DNA of 64,000 nucleotides from assembly GCA_965219385.1 (NCBI GenBank), contig CBDCNM010000002.1, positions 3,296,305 to 3,360,304 on the forward strand. The letters run 5' to 3'. The stretch comes from Candidatus Latescibacterota bacterium. Its GTDB lineage: Bacteria; Latescibacterota; UBA2968; UBA8231. Both the position numbers and the translations under genes were made by a program. The notes below the pieces were generated by a model. It was given only the letters and a program-made list of their open reading frames with translations, made no database searches and had not been told where the DNA came from. Shown in pieces: positions 10,902 through 21,163 of this stretch (the stretch's first letter is position 1; each line of letters begins with the position of its first letter).

Positions 10902-13900
10902 CTACTCCCGTTCAAAACCCTGACTGGAGAACTTGAGCGTCCGGCTGTTCTCGGTGACGGTGCGCACGACGTGATCGGGGGCACCCGAGGGGATTTCGGC
11001 TTCTATCTCCAAGGTCACGGTCACTTTCGCACCCACCAAGCCGGCTAGATGGGCAATGACCTCATCGGCAATCTGGCTCGCGTCGCGGCCGACGCGGGTG
11101 GCATCGAGGGTCACGGCCCCGTGAAAGCGCCGCGCTTTCTGCTCAGGTGGGGTAGGCGTTGACTCTGGACTGGTGCCGGCAACCGGATGGGAACCGGCTG
11201 ACCCACTGGCAACCGGCTCAGCGACGCCCGCCCCGGTTACCGCTGCCGCTGGCTCGGCTTCCTGCGGTGCGATTGCAACTTCAGGCTTGACCAGCAGCCC
11301 ATCGCTTTCAGGGCTAAGCAGGGCGACCTCGCGGCCACAGCGGAGTCCGCGATAGCGGCCCGTGTCCTCGTCGAAGGCATCGGCGTAGGCGAACGATTCG
11401 TCTCTCCAGAGGAGAAGTCCCAAGCCATCTTGGATGGCTGCAATTAGGACCTCTGGGCCAGCGAGGCGGGGGAGATAGAGGTAGCGGGCGAAGTGGTCTG
11501 CTAACTGCCGGATTTCCACCTGACCGCCGCGCCACAAGGGCACCCGGTCGAGTTCCATTCGCAGGCGCGTGCCCGCGAGCGCCGGTACCAACAGCTCTTC
11601 TGATCGTAGCTTCTTGCTGGCGCGCACGGCGAGCGGGTCCTGCCCAGCCAGCCGCAGGGCCTGCCACTCGACTGCCGCCTCGGGCGTGGACTGCACCGGC
11701 GCTAGGAGCCACTGATAGGCTTCCGGTAGCCGTCCAACCACGGCACCGTCCTCCGACTTCAACTGCGCTTCGGCCTGCCGCACCTGATGCGGGTCGAGGT
11801 TCAGGGTTTCTTTGTCTTGGAGGATGGACGACCACGCCAAGTAGCGACGAACCGCTTCATCCAGGTCCTGTAGACGGGTCTGGTCAACGGCGAGGAAGAC
11901 CAGCGTATTGCGGAAGAGGCGCGGGGTGTTGCCGCGATTTTCGAGTATGGCGGTGGCTGCGGACTGGGCCTTGCTGTTCGACCCGCTGCTGTGCGGGTGC
12001 TCAGTCCCCAGCACCACCAGGCGAGCGTCCATGTCGTCGGGGATGTCAGCGCCGGATTGCGGCACCGTATGGATGCGCTGGAAGTCGCCCGTGGCGCGCA
12101 GGTCGGAGCGCAACCGCTGCTCGATCTCGGCCACCACTGGCGCAGGATCGCGCCTGAATTGATCGGCCCGGTCTTCTGCCAGCTTGGTGACGGTCGGCTG
12201 CGTCGAGTACCAGTAGCGCGGGCCATCCTGATAGAGGAAGGTCGCCTGCGTACTTAGGCGTCGCAGGGCATCGCCAAAGATCGCTGGTGTTTCACCCGGC
12301 ATTGCGGAGCCGAGCTTGATGCGGCGGTCCTCAATACCACGATTGGCCACCGAGGTCGTCGGTGCGGAGCCGAGGTACACGGTGCGCGCCACCCGGCGGG
12401 TCGCCGAAAACTTGCCCAAGTTCGCCACCTCGCCGTCAATGCGCTGCGGCAGTGCATTCGGGCCATCTACATCCGCCTCGATGATCGGCGTCCAGTTGTC
12501 GGACAGATAGCGGGTCAACTCGTTGCGGACGTGCGGGTCGTCGATGGGGATGTGCGCTGGCATGATCAGCGGGTTGCGGTCGCCGCGGTCCCACAGACTG
12601 TGGATGACTGCGGCCATCAGACGCAGGACGCCTCGGGTGCGCTGAAACTTCACCAGCGCGGACCAGTCCGTATAGAGCCGGTCGAAGACCTCTGGATGGA
12701 TCGGATAGGCGGCGCGCAGGCGGCGCTCGTAGTCGGCGTCCCGGCATTCGGCGGGGAACTCCTGCTGCTGGGCGCGGTAGAAGTCGGCGAAGGTGCGCGA
12801 GACATTGTCGCGGGCAGTGAATTGCTCGCGCTCGCTCAAGGGTTCAAATAGACGGCGGCGCACGATCTCGAAGCCTTCTTCGGTACTCGCTGGCGTCCAG
12901 GAGGATTCGACCCGGCCAATGACGTTCTTGAGCCGTGCCAGTGCGGCCCGGCCACGGAGGCCACCGACTTCCTCGTCTTCACCTTGAGCATGGGGAGAGG
13001 TCGCCGTATCCGAGGACGGCAAGCTGATCACCAGCAGGCAACTGTTTGCCGCGCGCGCGGATTCGGTCAAGGTCTGGGCGAAGCTGAAGTGGGTTTCAAA
13101 ACTGCCGGCTGGCAGGTCGGCGTCGTCGTGCAACTGGCGGGCGTAGGCGACCCATTCATCGATCAGAATGAGGCACGGCCCATATTCGTTCATCAGTTGG
13201 CGGAGGGTGTCGCCTGGGTTGGTGGCGCGCTCGTCGTCCTGCCGAACCTTGTCGAATGCCGCTTTGCCGCCGAGTTGCCAAGCCAGTTCGCCCCACAGCG
13301 TTTTGACCACGGTGCCATCTTCCTTTGCCGATGGGTTGCCGGGCGAGATCTTGTTGCCGACCAGTACGACCCGTTTGACGTGGTCGGGCCGTGCAGCAAT
13401 TTCGGCTGACGCTATCAGGTCGTCGATGCCCAGCAGCTCACCGGTTGGCATGCCAGAGAATAGATGGTACAGGGCCAGCATCGAGTGGGTCTTGCCGCCG
13501 CCGAAGTTGGTCTGGAGTTCCACCACGGGATCGCCGCCCCGGCCGCTCAGCCGCTGCATCGCTCCGCTCAGCAGGCTCTTCAGGCTTTCCGTCAGGTAGG
13601 TGCGGCGAAAGAATTCCACTGGGTTGCGGTACTCGTCCGTTCCTTCGCCGAGATGGACCTGCCACAGGTCCGCGGCGAACTCGGCCTGCTGGTAGCCGCC
13701 GCTGGCCACGTCGCGATGCGGGTCCACGACCTCGCGCCAGGGCTTCAGGCTGCCGGTGGCTTGGCTCTCGACGGTGGTACCCGCGCCGCGACGGCGCTCG
13801 CTGCGCGCTTGTTCCTCGAAGACCAGACGGCGCAGCTCCATCTTCATGCGATTGACCTCGTCTGCTTGCGGTGCGGAGACGGCCGTTAGCAGACGAGCGA

Positions 13901-14246
13901 TAGAGTCGAGGGTGCGGTCGGCGTCGTCGCTGGAGAAGCTGTCCTGGTGTGCCCACTTGTTGCGGTGGTCGCGGATCTCGCTGACGAGGCTGCGCTCGGC
14001 GTGGCCCAGCACAGTGCGGAACACGTCGTTCCACGTTTCCCACATCAGCTTGAGGAGGGCGGCCACATCCCACTGATCTATGGGCTTGTCGGTCCGGTGT
14101 GGATCATCGACAAAGCGCCGGATGGTGTCCATGTGTACGCCACCGGCCTTGATTTTGTCTTGGACCTCGCGATCGACAAATGGGCCCAGCCCGTCCTTGA
14201 GGAGTTCGAGTGCTTTACCAACGCGTTCTTGATTTGTAATGGCCAT
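10902..14246 (-). CDS. DUF499 AAA+ ATPase with N-terminal Swt1-like HEPN domain
   Basis: LQTNFGGGKTH Walker A, LIDEW Walker B, EFAADL, YPIHPE, FQRTRGVLR; RNKWAH in the N-terminus. Confidence 0.9.
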   Translation of the reverse strand: MAITNQERVGKALELLKDGLGPFVDREVQDKIKAGGVHMDTIRRFVDDPHRTDKPIDQWDVAALLKLMWETWNDVFRTVLGHAERSLVSEIRDHRNKWAHQDSFSSDDADRTLDSIARLLTAVSAPQADEVNRMKMELRRLVFEEQARSERRRGAGTTVESQATGSLKPWREVVDPHRDVASGGYQQAEFAADLWQVHLGEGTDEYRNPVEFFRRTYLTESLKSLLSGAMQRLSGRGGDPVVELQTNFGGGKTHSMLALYHLFSGMPTGELLGIDDLIASAEIAARPDHVKRVVLVGNKISPGNPSAKEDGTVVKTLWGELAWQLGGKAAFDKVRQDDERATNPGDTLRQLMNEYGPCLILIDEWVAYARQLHDDADLPAGSFETHFSFAQTLTESARAANSCLLVISLPSSDTATSPHAQGEDEEVGGLRGRAALARLKNVIGRVESSWTPASTEEGFEIVRRRLFEPLSEREQFTARDNVSRTFADFYRAQQQEFPAECRDADYERRLRAAYPIHPEVFDRLYTDWSALVKFQRTRGVLRLMAAVIHSLWDRGDRNPLIMPAHIPIDDPHVRNELTRYLSDNWTPIIEADVDGPNALPQRIDGEVANLGKFSATRRVARTVYLGSAPTTSVANRGIEDRRIKLGSAMPGETPAIFGDALRRLSTQATFLYQDGPRYWYSTQPTVTKLAEDRADQFRRDPAPVVAEIEQRLRSDLRATGDFQRIHTVPQSGADIPDDMDARLVVLGTEHPHSSGSNSKAQSAATAILENRGNTPRLFRNTLVFLAVDQTRLQDLDEAVRRYLAWSSILQDKETLNLDPHQVRQAEAQLKSEDGAVVGRLPEAYQWLLAPVQSTPEAAVEWQALRLAGQDPLAVRASKKLRSEELLVPALAGTRLRMELDRVPLWRGGQVEIRQLADHFARYLYLPRLAGPEVLIAAIQDGLGLLLWRDESFAYADAFDEDTGRYRGLRCGREVALLSPESDGLLVKPEVAIAPQEAEPAAAVTGAGVAEPVASGSAGSHPVAGTSPESTPTPPEQKARRFHGAVTLDATRVGRDASQIADEVIAHLAGLVGAKVTVTLEIEAEIPSGAPDHVVRTVTENSRTLKFSSQGFERE

Positions 14247-14314
14247 GGTTTTACTTCCTTATAGATAGCCTCACGGGCGAGCTTGGCCGCCGTGCGACTG
14301 GCTGCACAACAGGT

Positions 14315-14449
14315 GATGCTCTTCTCCAGGTCCTGCTTGCCCCCGTGGGGTACGCACTGGAAAGACAATCCAGGAAACAGCCGGGGCAGCAAGACTTCCA
14401 GCAGGCCACCCATCGAGGACTCTTCCAACAGAAAAACTATGCGCCTCAT
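14315..14449 (-). pseudogene. Truncated DUF4276-like (TOPRIM-like) partner of the upstream ATPase
   Basis: MRRIVFLLEESSM...VPHGGKQDLEKSI resembles the DUF4276 N-terminus; similarity stops after ~45 codons. Confidence 0.6.
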
Positions 14450-15627
14450 CGTAGCCCGGCACCCTCGAAAAGCCTCTGCTTCCAGAGGGCACCTGGCAGA
14501 TCGCCTTCAGCAACAAGATCGTGTAGCAGTTCGCTATCGGACGCCCGGCGCCCGGTCGTAAAGCCGTCCTTCTTGACCAGATAGAAGATTTCTTCGAGTT
14601 GCGCCCCGTTGAGGAAGTCGGGGGAGTGGGTTGAAACAAACACTTGACCACCGCGCCGGGCGTAGTCGCGAAACTCCTCGGCCAACTCTATCAGCAATTC
14701 GGGATAGAGCTGGTTTTCGGGTTCCTCGACCGACAGCAGCGGATGGGGCTTCGGGTCGTATAGCAACACGAGGTAGGCAAACATCTTGATCGTACCGTCG
14801 GATACGTAGCGGGCGATGAAGGGATCCTTGAAGCTGCCGTCCTGAAAGCGGAGGACGAGACGCCCGTCCTCCGTAGGTTTGGCCTCAACCCCGCTCACGC
14901 CCGGGACGCGCTGGCTCATGGCCTCCAACACTTGGTCGAAGCACTCGCGGTGATTCTCGTAGAGGTAGTGGGCGACCTGGGCGACATTATCGCCACGGTT
15001 AGACAGATGCTCGGCATAGCCGGCCTCACTGCTCGGTCGGGCGTCGGCGATGTGGAAGTCCGAGACGTGCCAGTTCTCGATCAGCCTACGGAACTCGGAG
15101 ACGACCTGGAACTCGCGGAACTGGCCCAAGCCCTTGATGGCAAGGACGCTCGGCTCGTCGAGCTTGTACTCCTCCTTTTTCTCCTCAGCGCCCTCCTCGC
15201 CATAGAGCGATTCATTGGTGATTGCGCTGCCGAGGCCACGGCTAAAGTCCACAAAGTGCCAGGGCTTGCCGTACTGGCCCCGGCGGTAGCGCAGAATCTC
15301 GCGGTCCACCACTACCCGCCCACCGTCCTCGGCCACTTGGAGGACATAGGTGGCCAGACGCCCGCCGCTCTCGCGGAATTTGATGGTGATCCCAATCGGC
15401 CCCTTTTCTCCCCGGCTGACCAACTCGCGGAACCCGCCGCGCCGCGCCACCGCTGTGGCAACATTCTGGGTCAGGGCGTCCTTGAGAAAGCTGAATACGT
15501 CGAAGAGGGTTGACTTGCCCGAGCCATTGGCACCAACGACCACGGCCATGGGGGGAAGATTGTCGAGCACGGCGTGGCGAAAGGGCCGGTAGTTCCTGAT
15601 TTCGATGCGCTCAATCTGCATGGTCAT
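14446..15627 (-). CDS. ABC-type ATPase (AAA_21/AAA_15, defence-associated)
   Basis: GANGSGKS Walker A, VSDGT signature, VEEPEN Walker B, STHSP H-loop. Confidence 0.85.
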   Translation of the reverse strand: MTMQIERIEIRNYRPFRHAVLDNLPPMAVVVGANGSGKSTLFDVFSFLKDALTQNVATAVARRGGFRELVSRGEKGPIGITIKFRESGGRLATYVLQVAEDGGRVVVDREILRYRRGQYGKPWHFVDFSRGLGSAITNESLYGEEGAEEKKEEYKLDEPSVLAIKGLGQFREFQVVSEFRRLIENWHVSDFHIADARPSSEAGYAEHLSNRGDNVAQVAHYLYENHRECFDQVLEAMSQRVPGVSGVEAKPTEDGRLVLRFQDGSFKDPFIARYVSDGTIKMFAYLVLLYDPKPHPLLSVEEPENQLYPELLIELAEEFRDYARRGGQVFVSTHSPDFLNGAQLEEIFYLVKKDGFTTGRRASDSELLHDLVAEGDLPGALWKQRLFEGAGLR

Positions 15628-15653
15628 ATTCCTCTCTTCACCTTGCCCGGCGT

Positions 15654-16889
15654 TTATGCTGCCGCCCAAATAACCAACCGCAACTCACTGTCGTCAAGCA
15701 GGTCGTACTCGGGGAGACGGCCCGAGAGTTCGCGGCTCTCGTTTAGAATGATCGGCACTCCGTCACCTCTTCGGTCCATTATACGTGCCCGCCCCAGATT
15801 CTCGCCCTCCCAAACGGGGCAACGCGCCAAGAGAGAAACGATCAGCTCGTTCCGGCTGTATTGCCGCAAGTCCATACTATCCGGTGTGAGCGTATTCGCC
15901 AGGGCACCAGGGACGTATAGCTCAAGGCGGTCCCCGAACAGATGCAGACGAATCCGCGCACCCGCCATCGAGTAGTCACGGTGGGCCACCGCGTTGACGA
16001 ACGCTTCGAACACAGCTCGCTCGCTGAACTGCGGGAGATCGACCCGGGCCGTGGTCTTGGTCGCTCGCACGAGCATGTTCCGCCGCACAAAGTGCAGTGC
16101 TTCCGCAACCTGCTCGTCGAGTGGTCCCTCTATATCGCGGGCATCGGTCTGATAGTCGGAATCGGTGCGCTCACCCGCATAGCTGACGGCTTGTATGTAG
16201 GCGTGGGGGAGCCACTGTTGCGGTTGGCGTGTACCCAGCAGAACGCCGGCGAGTGTGAGACGTGCGACATCGTCCTCGTCATCGGCCACGAGGCGGAGCT
16301 TGCGTGCTGCCTCCTCGGTGACACCTTCCTCAATGGAATCCTCCCGCAGGAACCGGCGTGTCAACGAGTAGTTCAGATCGCCCGGCTCGGTGCGGGGCAC
16401 CAGCGATTCATCGAAGCGGATCATGCGGCTCTGGCTGCGCTCCTGGAAGAGCCGGGCCAGTACCTCGGGCGACATCTCGCGCTTCGAACTGCCGATCCTG
16501 CGGAAATAGCCGCCCGGACTCTTGTGAACGAACAGGCTGCGGGCGATGTCGATGCGAATGACCGGAACGAGCGTTCCGGCGGCGTCCGGTAGTTCGAGCT
16601 TGAGGATGTCGACGTTGAGCGCGGGGTTTACCGAGTCGTTACAGATTTCGCGGACCCACGCTTCGACCACATCCAAGCCCTCTAAAGGGATACCCAAGAC
16701 CTCGCGGGTCGAGTCGTCCACTCCCAGGACGAAAGACCCCCCTCGCCCGTTGGCAAAGGCAGCGAGTTCGTCAGCGAACTCGTTCCGATTCGGGCTGGTG
16801 ACGCGGCCACCGGACAGCAGGACACGCTTGAGTTCCAGGGTGGAGTCCTCGCCGAGGCGGAGGCGGCGAGCTAGGTCAGCAACGCTCAT
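15654..16889 (-). CDS. AlbA_2 (Schlafen-like) + HATPase_c_4/RecG-C protein
   Basis: GEDSTLELK, AAFANGRGG.FVLGVDD, EAFVNAVAHRDY and RGDGV motifs. Confidence 0.85.
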   Translation of the reverse strand: MSVADLARRLRLGEDSTLELKRVLLSGGRVTSPNRNEFADELAAFANGRGGSFVLGVDDSTREVLGIPLEGLDVVEAWVREICNDSVNPALNVDILKLELPDAAGTLVPVIRIDIARSLFVHKSPGGYFRRIGSSKREMSPEVLARLFQERSQSRMIRFDESLVPRTEPGDLNYSLTRRFLREDSIEEGVTEEAARKLRLVADDEDDVARLTLAGVLLGTRQPQQWLPHAYIQAVSYAGERTDSDYQTDARDIEGPLDEQVAEALHFVRRNMLVRATKTTARVDLPQFSERAVFEAFVNAVAHRDYSMAGARIRLHLFGDRLELYVPGALANTLTPDSMDLRQYSRNELIVSLLARCPVWEGENLGRARIMDRRGDGVPIILNESRELSGRLPEYDLLDDSELRLVIWAAA

Positions 16890-16921
16890 CTGTTTTGTTC
16901 CCCTTTTTTAAGCCCTCACCA

Positions 16922-19615
16922 TCATGCCCGACGGGCCGCAGTTTCTAGACGACGATATTCTGGATTTCGAGCGAGATTGGGGGCGACTTTTCGCACCTGC
17001 TCAAGTGCATCTCTCAGATCATAAGGGATTACCGCATTTTCCGCTGTCCCGATCGTCCGATCCAGAAGGCGCAATAGTGCTTTGGCTTTGGCCTCATCGT
17101 CAATCATTTCCAGTTTTGGTGTTTCATCTTCATTCATTTTCAGGGTTTCTATTTCGTCGTCTCTATACAGTCCATAATCGATCATTGACCAGCAATTGAA
17201 CGGCACGAGGAAACGCTCGATAGTGTGCACCGCTTCGGCGAATTCTCCGCGAGCGATTGCTGGAAGCCTAGAGAGTCTATCACTGATCCCCGGCGACGTC
17301 AGCGAGCGCTCTTGCGGCCATACATTTTGGAGGAAAGGCTTGACCAATGATTGGAACAGATGTTCTGGTGACGGTGGATTCGGTTCTCGCTCGTTCGCTT
17401 CCGAAAGATCACTTACAAAGCTAATAATTGCTTCCACTAAGTATGAACGTCCTTCTTCGTCCTGGGACCGTATCATTTGCTGAACGCGGCCTTGCGCGAC
17501 CGCAGGGTCTCGTCCTTCCCGTAGGGCATGAAGGGACTCGATCACAAGACTGAACGCGAGCGAATGGCGGGTCTGGCGGTTAAGTCGGTGGTCCGTGGAT
17601 CGGTCCACCATGTCGTTGCCAATAATTCTCAATACGTCCGTAAATTGCGTCTGACGACCGACGGCACGCCAGAGGGCCAGTGTTTCAGCGTCGTCTGCGC
17701 GAAGTGGCTCAATAAGATGTTTTTCCGTCCATTTTTGGTCGGCGCACAGGAAATACCTCAGCGGCTCAAGCATCCGATGCTTGGCGATCAATCCCGACCG
17801 TTCCGAAGCATTGATAACTTCATTCCTCATTTTTCCCAAGTCGCTAGGGCTATCAAATGGTCGAGGATTTTCTTCGAGATTCGGACGAGCAGCCAAGAAC
17901 ACGCCAACGAGTTCTCCCACGGGTGTATTGAGGTCAGGCTCTTTATTCGGTGGCTTCATTCTATTCGTCGTCTCGACAGCTAATGGCCAAGCACGGTGCC
18001 AGACCACAGACCAGTTCGGCACGGCGACAACGTATTTTTCCCAAATACTGAGCCAGTAGGAAATGCCTTTTATCGCTTTGGATATGGCTTCGTCCGGCAG
18101 TTTTGTAAGGAGATTGATCACCCGGTGGGCTTCCGAGGGCAGATCGCGCGTATTGGTTTCCTGCTCCGGACCCGCTGGAGGCAAATGTGCCAAACTGAAG
18201 CGTTCCCAGGTTTTTGGGAACCCCGCTCCGCCGTCAGAGCTTGATTCAAGATCCTCCAAAATCCGCACAGGGTCTTCTCTGAGCCAGTCCCATGCCCGGT
18301 CTGCCGGGTCATCATCCCATCCACGGCGCGGGGATAAGAGTGCTTGTTCTAGTGCTTGCAGGCGATCAATACCAGTCAGGGAATCCAGTGAGCGATCAGG
18401 AATTGTCGGATCACTCTGCGCCTTCGGGAAATCCAAGAACCCCTCATCGATTCGGTTCATTTCAGCTAAATCGGTAAACTGTCCAATGTTCGATTCGAGC
18501 CAGGCTTTGTCGCGACTCGGGAGGGTGGCCCCGGCGACCTCGATGCGTTTCAGTTCCCGGACAGCCCAGTAGAAGCAAGCGGCCTCAATATGGTCCGCTG
18601 CCACGTTTCTAAAAAGATTACGAGGCCGCCCCCTGCGTATTCTTCTGGTAATCGCCTTTTGTGTAGCATTGTCGAATTCGGAGAAACGCCGGGCTCGCAG
18701 TTCGGCAATTTCTGGATGGTGATGTACGTCCCAGAAGACCTTATAATTCAAATGAAGGATAAAATCACCTACCTCAGCATCGGGTGTAATCCGAGAATCA
18801 CACGACATAGCGGCCCAGAGTCGCAAATGAATCGGAGAATCTTTCCGTTTCCAGCGGCTAATAAAACCAAGCGCGGCGGAGCGATCGATATCGACAAGCT
18901 GCGAAACGACTGCGTGAAGGAGCTTTACCGATGGTGCCATTTTTCGGTTATACTTATCAGGTTCGTGCATTCCCTCGCCGCGTTCAGGCTCTGATACGTA
19001 ATACACGCGACGTAGAGAGAGGTCCACTCGCCCCCATCCGATACGCCGCGCAATGTCCAGCCCGCCCATAACTACGGCGTCTAGCGCATTGGCTAGAGAA
19101 ACGATAAACTCAACTTCGGTCAGCTTTTCCAATTTCAAGGATGCCGGATTGATCGCTTTGCCACTTGTCAGCGTGGCATCAAATAGATCGTGGACCTTTT
19201 TGGGTCTGTTGGGAAGCTTGAGGAGATTAAGTAGCCCACTCGAGTAGGCTTCAATCTCCAGCCTCGGCTCAACAAGATCGACGATAGCTGCGACAAGTGC
19301 CTCGGAGCGTTCCCCTGAGCGCAATCGCTGCTTAACTTGGACCTCAAGCATTCCGTAAGAGTCAGCAATTGGCTCATTCCAACTCTCCTTGATAAGCCAC
19401 CAAGCGGAAAGCCAAGGTTCGCGGAGGTTCACGCCTCCCGGCCTGTCAAGTAAATGCAGAATCGCCTGTTTCTTGACAATATCAACATCACCGGAACCAA
19501 GACCCAATGCCCATTCGATAGTTTCTTTTTCTTCAAGACGGCCTTCGAGAAACGCGACTATGGAGCGCACCGTCGCTTGGTCCCTTGCATTTAGACTAAG
19601 AGAGAGTAGTCTCAT
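16922..19615 (-). CDS. Large helical protein, probable C-terminal (sensor) half of a DSR1-like sirtuin
   Basis: ATG overlaps the SIR2 stop (ATGA) with GGAGG upstream; ~897 aa with no catalytic motif recognised. Confidence 0.55.
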   Translation of the reverse strand: MRLLSLSLNARDQATVRSIVAFLEGRLEEKETIEWALGLGSGDVDIVKKQAILHLLDRPGGVNLREPWLSAWWLIKESWNEPIADSYGMLEVQVKQRLRSGERSEALVAAIVDLVEPRLEIEAYSSGLLNLLKLPNRPKKVHDLFDATLTSGKAINPASLKLEKLTEVEFIVSLANALDAVVMGGLDIARRIGWGRVDLSLRRVYYVSEPERGEGMHEPDKYNRKMAPSVKLLHAVVSQLVDIDRSAALGFISRWKRKDSPIHLRLWAAMSCDSRITPDAEVGDFILHLNYKVFWDVHHHPEIAELRARRFSEFDNATQKAITRRIRRGRPRNLFRNVAADHIEAACFYWAVRELKRIEVAGATLPSRDKAWLESNIGQFTDLAEMNRIDEGFLDFPKAQSDPTIPDRSLDSLTGIDRLQALEQALLSPRRGWDDDPADRAWDWLREDPVRILEDLESSSDGGAGFPKTWERFSLAHLPPAGPEQETNTRDLPSEAHRVINLLTKLPDEAISKAIKGISYWLSIWEKYVVAVPNWSVVWHRAWPLAVETTNRMKPPNKEPDLNTPVGELVGVFLAARPNLEENPRPFDSPSDLGKMRNEVINASERSGLIAKHRMLEPLRYFLCADQKWTEKHLIEPLRADDAETLALWRAVGRQTQFTDVLRIIGNDMVDRSTDHRLNRQTRHSLAFSLVIESLHALREGRDPAVAQGRVQQMIRSQDEEGRSYLVEAIISFVSDLSEANEREPNPPSPEHLFQSLVKPFLQNVWPQERSLTSPGISDRLSRLPAIARGEFAEAVHTIERFLVPFNCWSMIDYGLYRDDEIETLKMNEDETPKLEMIDDEAKAKALLRLLDRTIGTAENAVIPYDLRDALEQVRKVAPNLARNPEYRRLETAARRA

Positions 19616-20793
19616 CTGTGCCCCTCCCGGTTTTCCTCCGACGATACGTCTGAGATAGCGTCGAGCCATCCCAAATCCGCTTTGTGCTTGGAAACTAATT
19701 CAGATAAGCGGGTACGTTCGTTTGAATCACTTCGACGAATGAAATGGTCGAACAAATTACGATCTTCCTCTCTCGCCTCAGACCTTTTGCCCCTCACAAT
19801 TTTCTTCAGTACGCTATCGATGTGGCGATTTTCATTAATTTTAGAGAATTTGACCCATTGAGCCAGTGTACCCTGAAGCTGAGAGTGATCATTGTCTTGA
19901 ACGTCGTACCGAATCGGCGTGATCCCGCGAGCCCGCCAGTCTTCTAATTCTACTGGATCGTCCTCACTCATTCCAACGAATATGAACCGTTCCTTGAGGT
20001 CAGGAAAACGCACCCTATCCGCAGCGACAGCATCCAGCAGGTATCTCATCGGTGGGTCGTTCGCGCTGTAGCCCACGAGAACTAAGTTATACAGTCGTGC
20101 AGCGTCGTAAATCAGATCGGGAACGATTCGTCGGCGCAAATAGAACTCGCCGAAATCCTGATCAGAAATAATAAGGTCAGGCGTTCGCTCAGGGTTTCGG
20201 TCCAAGGTACCATGTATGTGCAGAACACCGTTGAATTCTTGTCTCAGCGTTGGTCTGGGTATGCCTCCAAGTGCGTACGTCTGGACCGGTGATTTCATGT
20301 TTCTAGCGGCGTTTTCAAAGAGGAGATCGAAATTCGTCGTGATGATTGTTACCGCGCCGCCGCGATCGGCGAGACGCATCAATGCTCGATGAATTGGAGC
20401 CGGCTTATTCTTGGAACGGATGATCGCGCCAACCTCTTGTCTAACCGGACTCCTATTGCTCGCCTCTCCTTCAAGCCTTCTCTCAAGCATACCCAAGGCG
20501 ACATCGTATTCGCCTTTGCGGAAACGCTTGACCTCGGCCTTTTGGCTAGCATTCAATTTCGAGGTTTCTTGACCATCATCTGAAATAACGGAATGGACCA
20601 CCGAATCTAGTTTCTCGTACACACTTACGACCAGCTTACGAAAGTCAGGCAATCCTGCATCCCTTGAAACGCCGGCTCCAGCGATGAAGAGAACTTTACC
20701 TCGTGCATGGGCGCGAAGCAGGTGCTCTGGAATCGGTGCCAAGTCTTGTCCCAACGCAATGTCTCTGCTGCTGATGTCTGATGTTTGAGTCAT
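19612..20793 (-). CDS. SIR2 (SIR2_2) NADase, DSR1-like N-terminal half
   Basis: IPEHLLRAHARGKVLFIAGAGVS...GLPDF, ITTNFD, LHIHG, DFGEFY, LVGYSANDPPMRYLL. Confidence 0.85.
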   Translation of the reverse strand: MTQTSDISSRDIALGQDLAPIPEHLLRAHARGKVLFIAGAGVSRDAGLPDFRKLVVSVYEKLDSVVHSVISDDGQETSKLNASQKAEVKRFRKGEYDVALGMLERRLEGEASNRSPVRQEVGAIIRSKNKPAPIHRALMRLADRGGAVTIITTNFDLLFENAARNMKSPVQTYALGGIPRPTLRQEFNGVLHIHGTLDRNPERTPDLIISDQDFGEFYLRRRIVPDLIYDAARLYNLVLVGYSANDPPMRYLLDAVAADRVRFPDLKERFIFVGMSEDDPVELEDWRARGITPIRYDVQDNDHSQLQGTLAQWVKFSKINENRHIDSVLKKIVRGKRSEAREEDRNLFDHFIRRSDSNERTRLSELVSKHKADLGWLDAISDVSSEENREGHR

Positions 20794-20836
20794 GTCAATA
20801 CATCATCCGCCTGCTCATCGAGCTTCGTCAACGAGT

Positions 20837-21163
20837 TCAGGGTCGTTCATAAATAACCTTCCCTTCGCGGAGTGCTGAACGCAACGCGGTTCCCACAAGG
20901 TGCCCGCGACGAGCGACTTCTTCGGGAGTCGCTACTACTATGTCTTTGCAGACCGGCAGATCGCCCAAGGCCCGGCGGATCTCGATAGCCGTGTCCCGCT
21001 TGTTGGACACATTGGGCAGAATCACGAGCAAATCCACGTCGCTCCATTCGGTTGCTGTGCCCCGTGCATGGGACCCGAAGAGGACGACCCGCGAAGGCTG
21101 GAAGCCTCTCACGATGCGGTCCACCATAGTTGATATGAACGTTTCCGAGGCGGCCACATTCAT
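20837..21163 (-). CDS. Minimal nucleotidyltransferase (MNT)
   Basis: LFGSHARG...SDVDLLV; ATG at 21163 overlaps the DUF1156 stop. Confidence 0.85.
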   Translation of the reverse strand: MNVAASETFISTMVDRIVRGFQPSRVVLFGSHARGTATEWSDVDLLVILPNVSNKRDTAIEIRRALGDLPVCKDIVVATPEEVARRGHLVGTALRSALREGKVIYERP

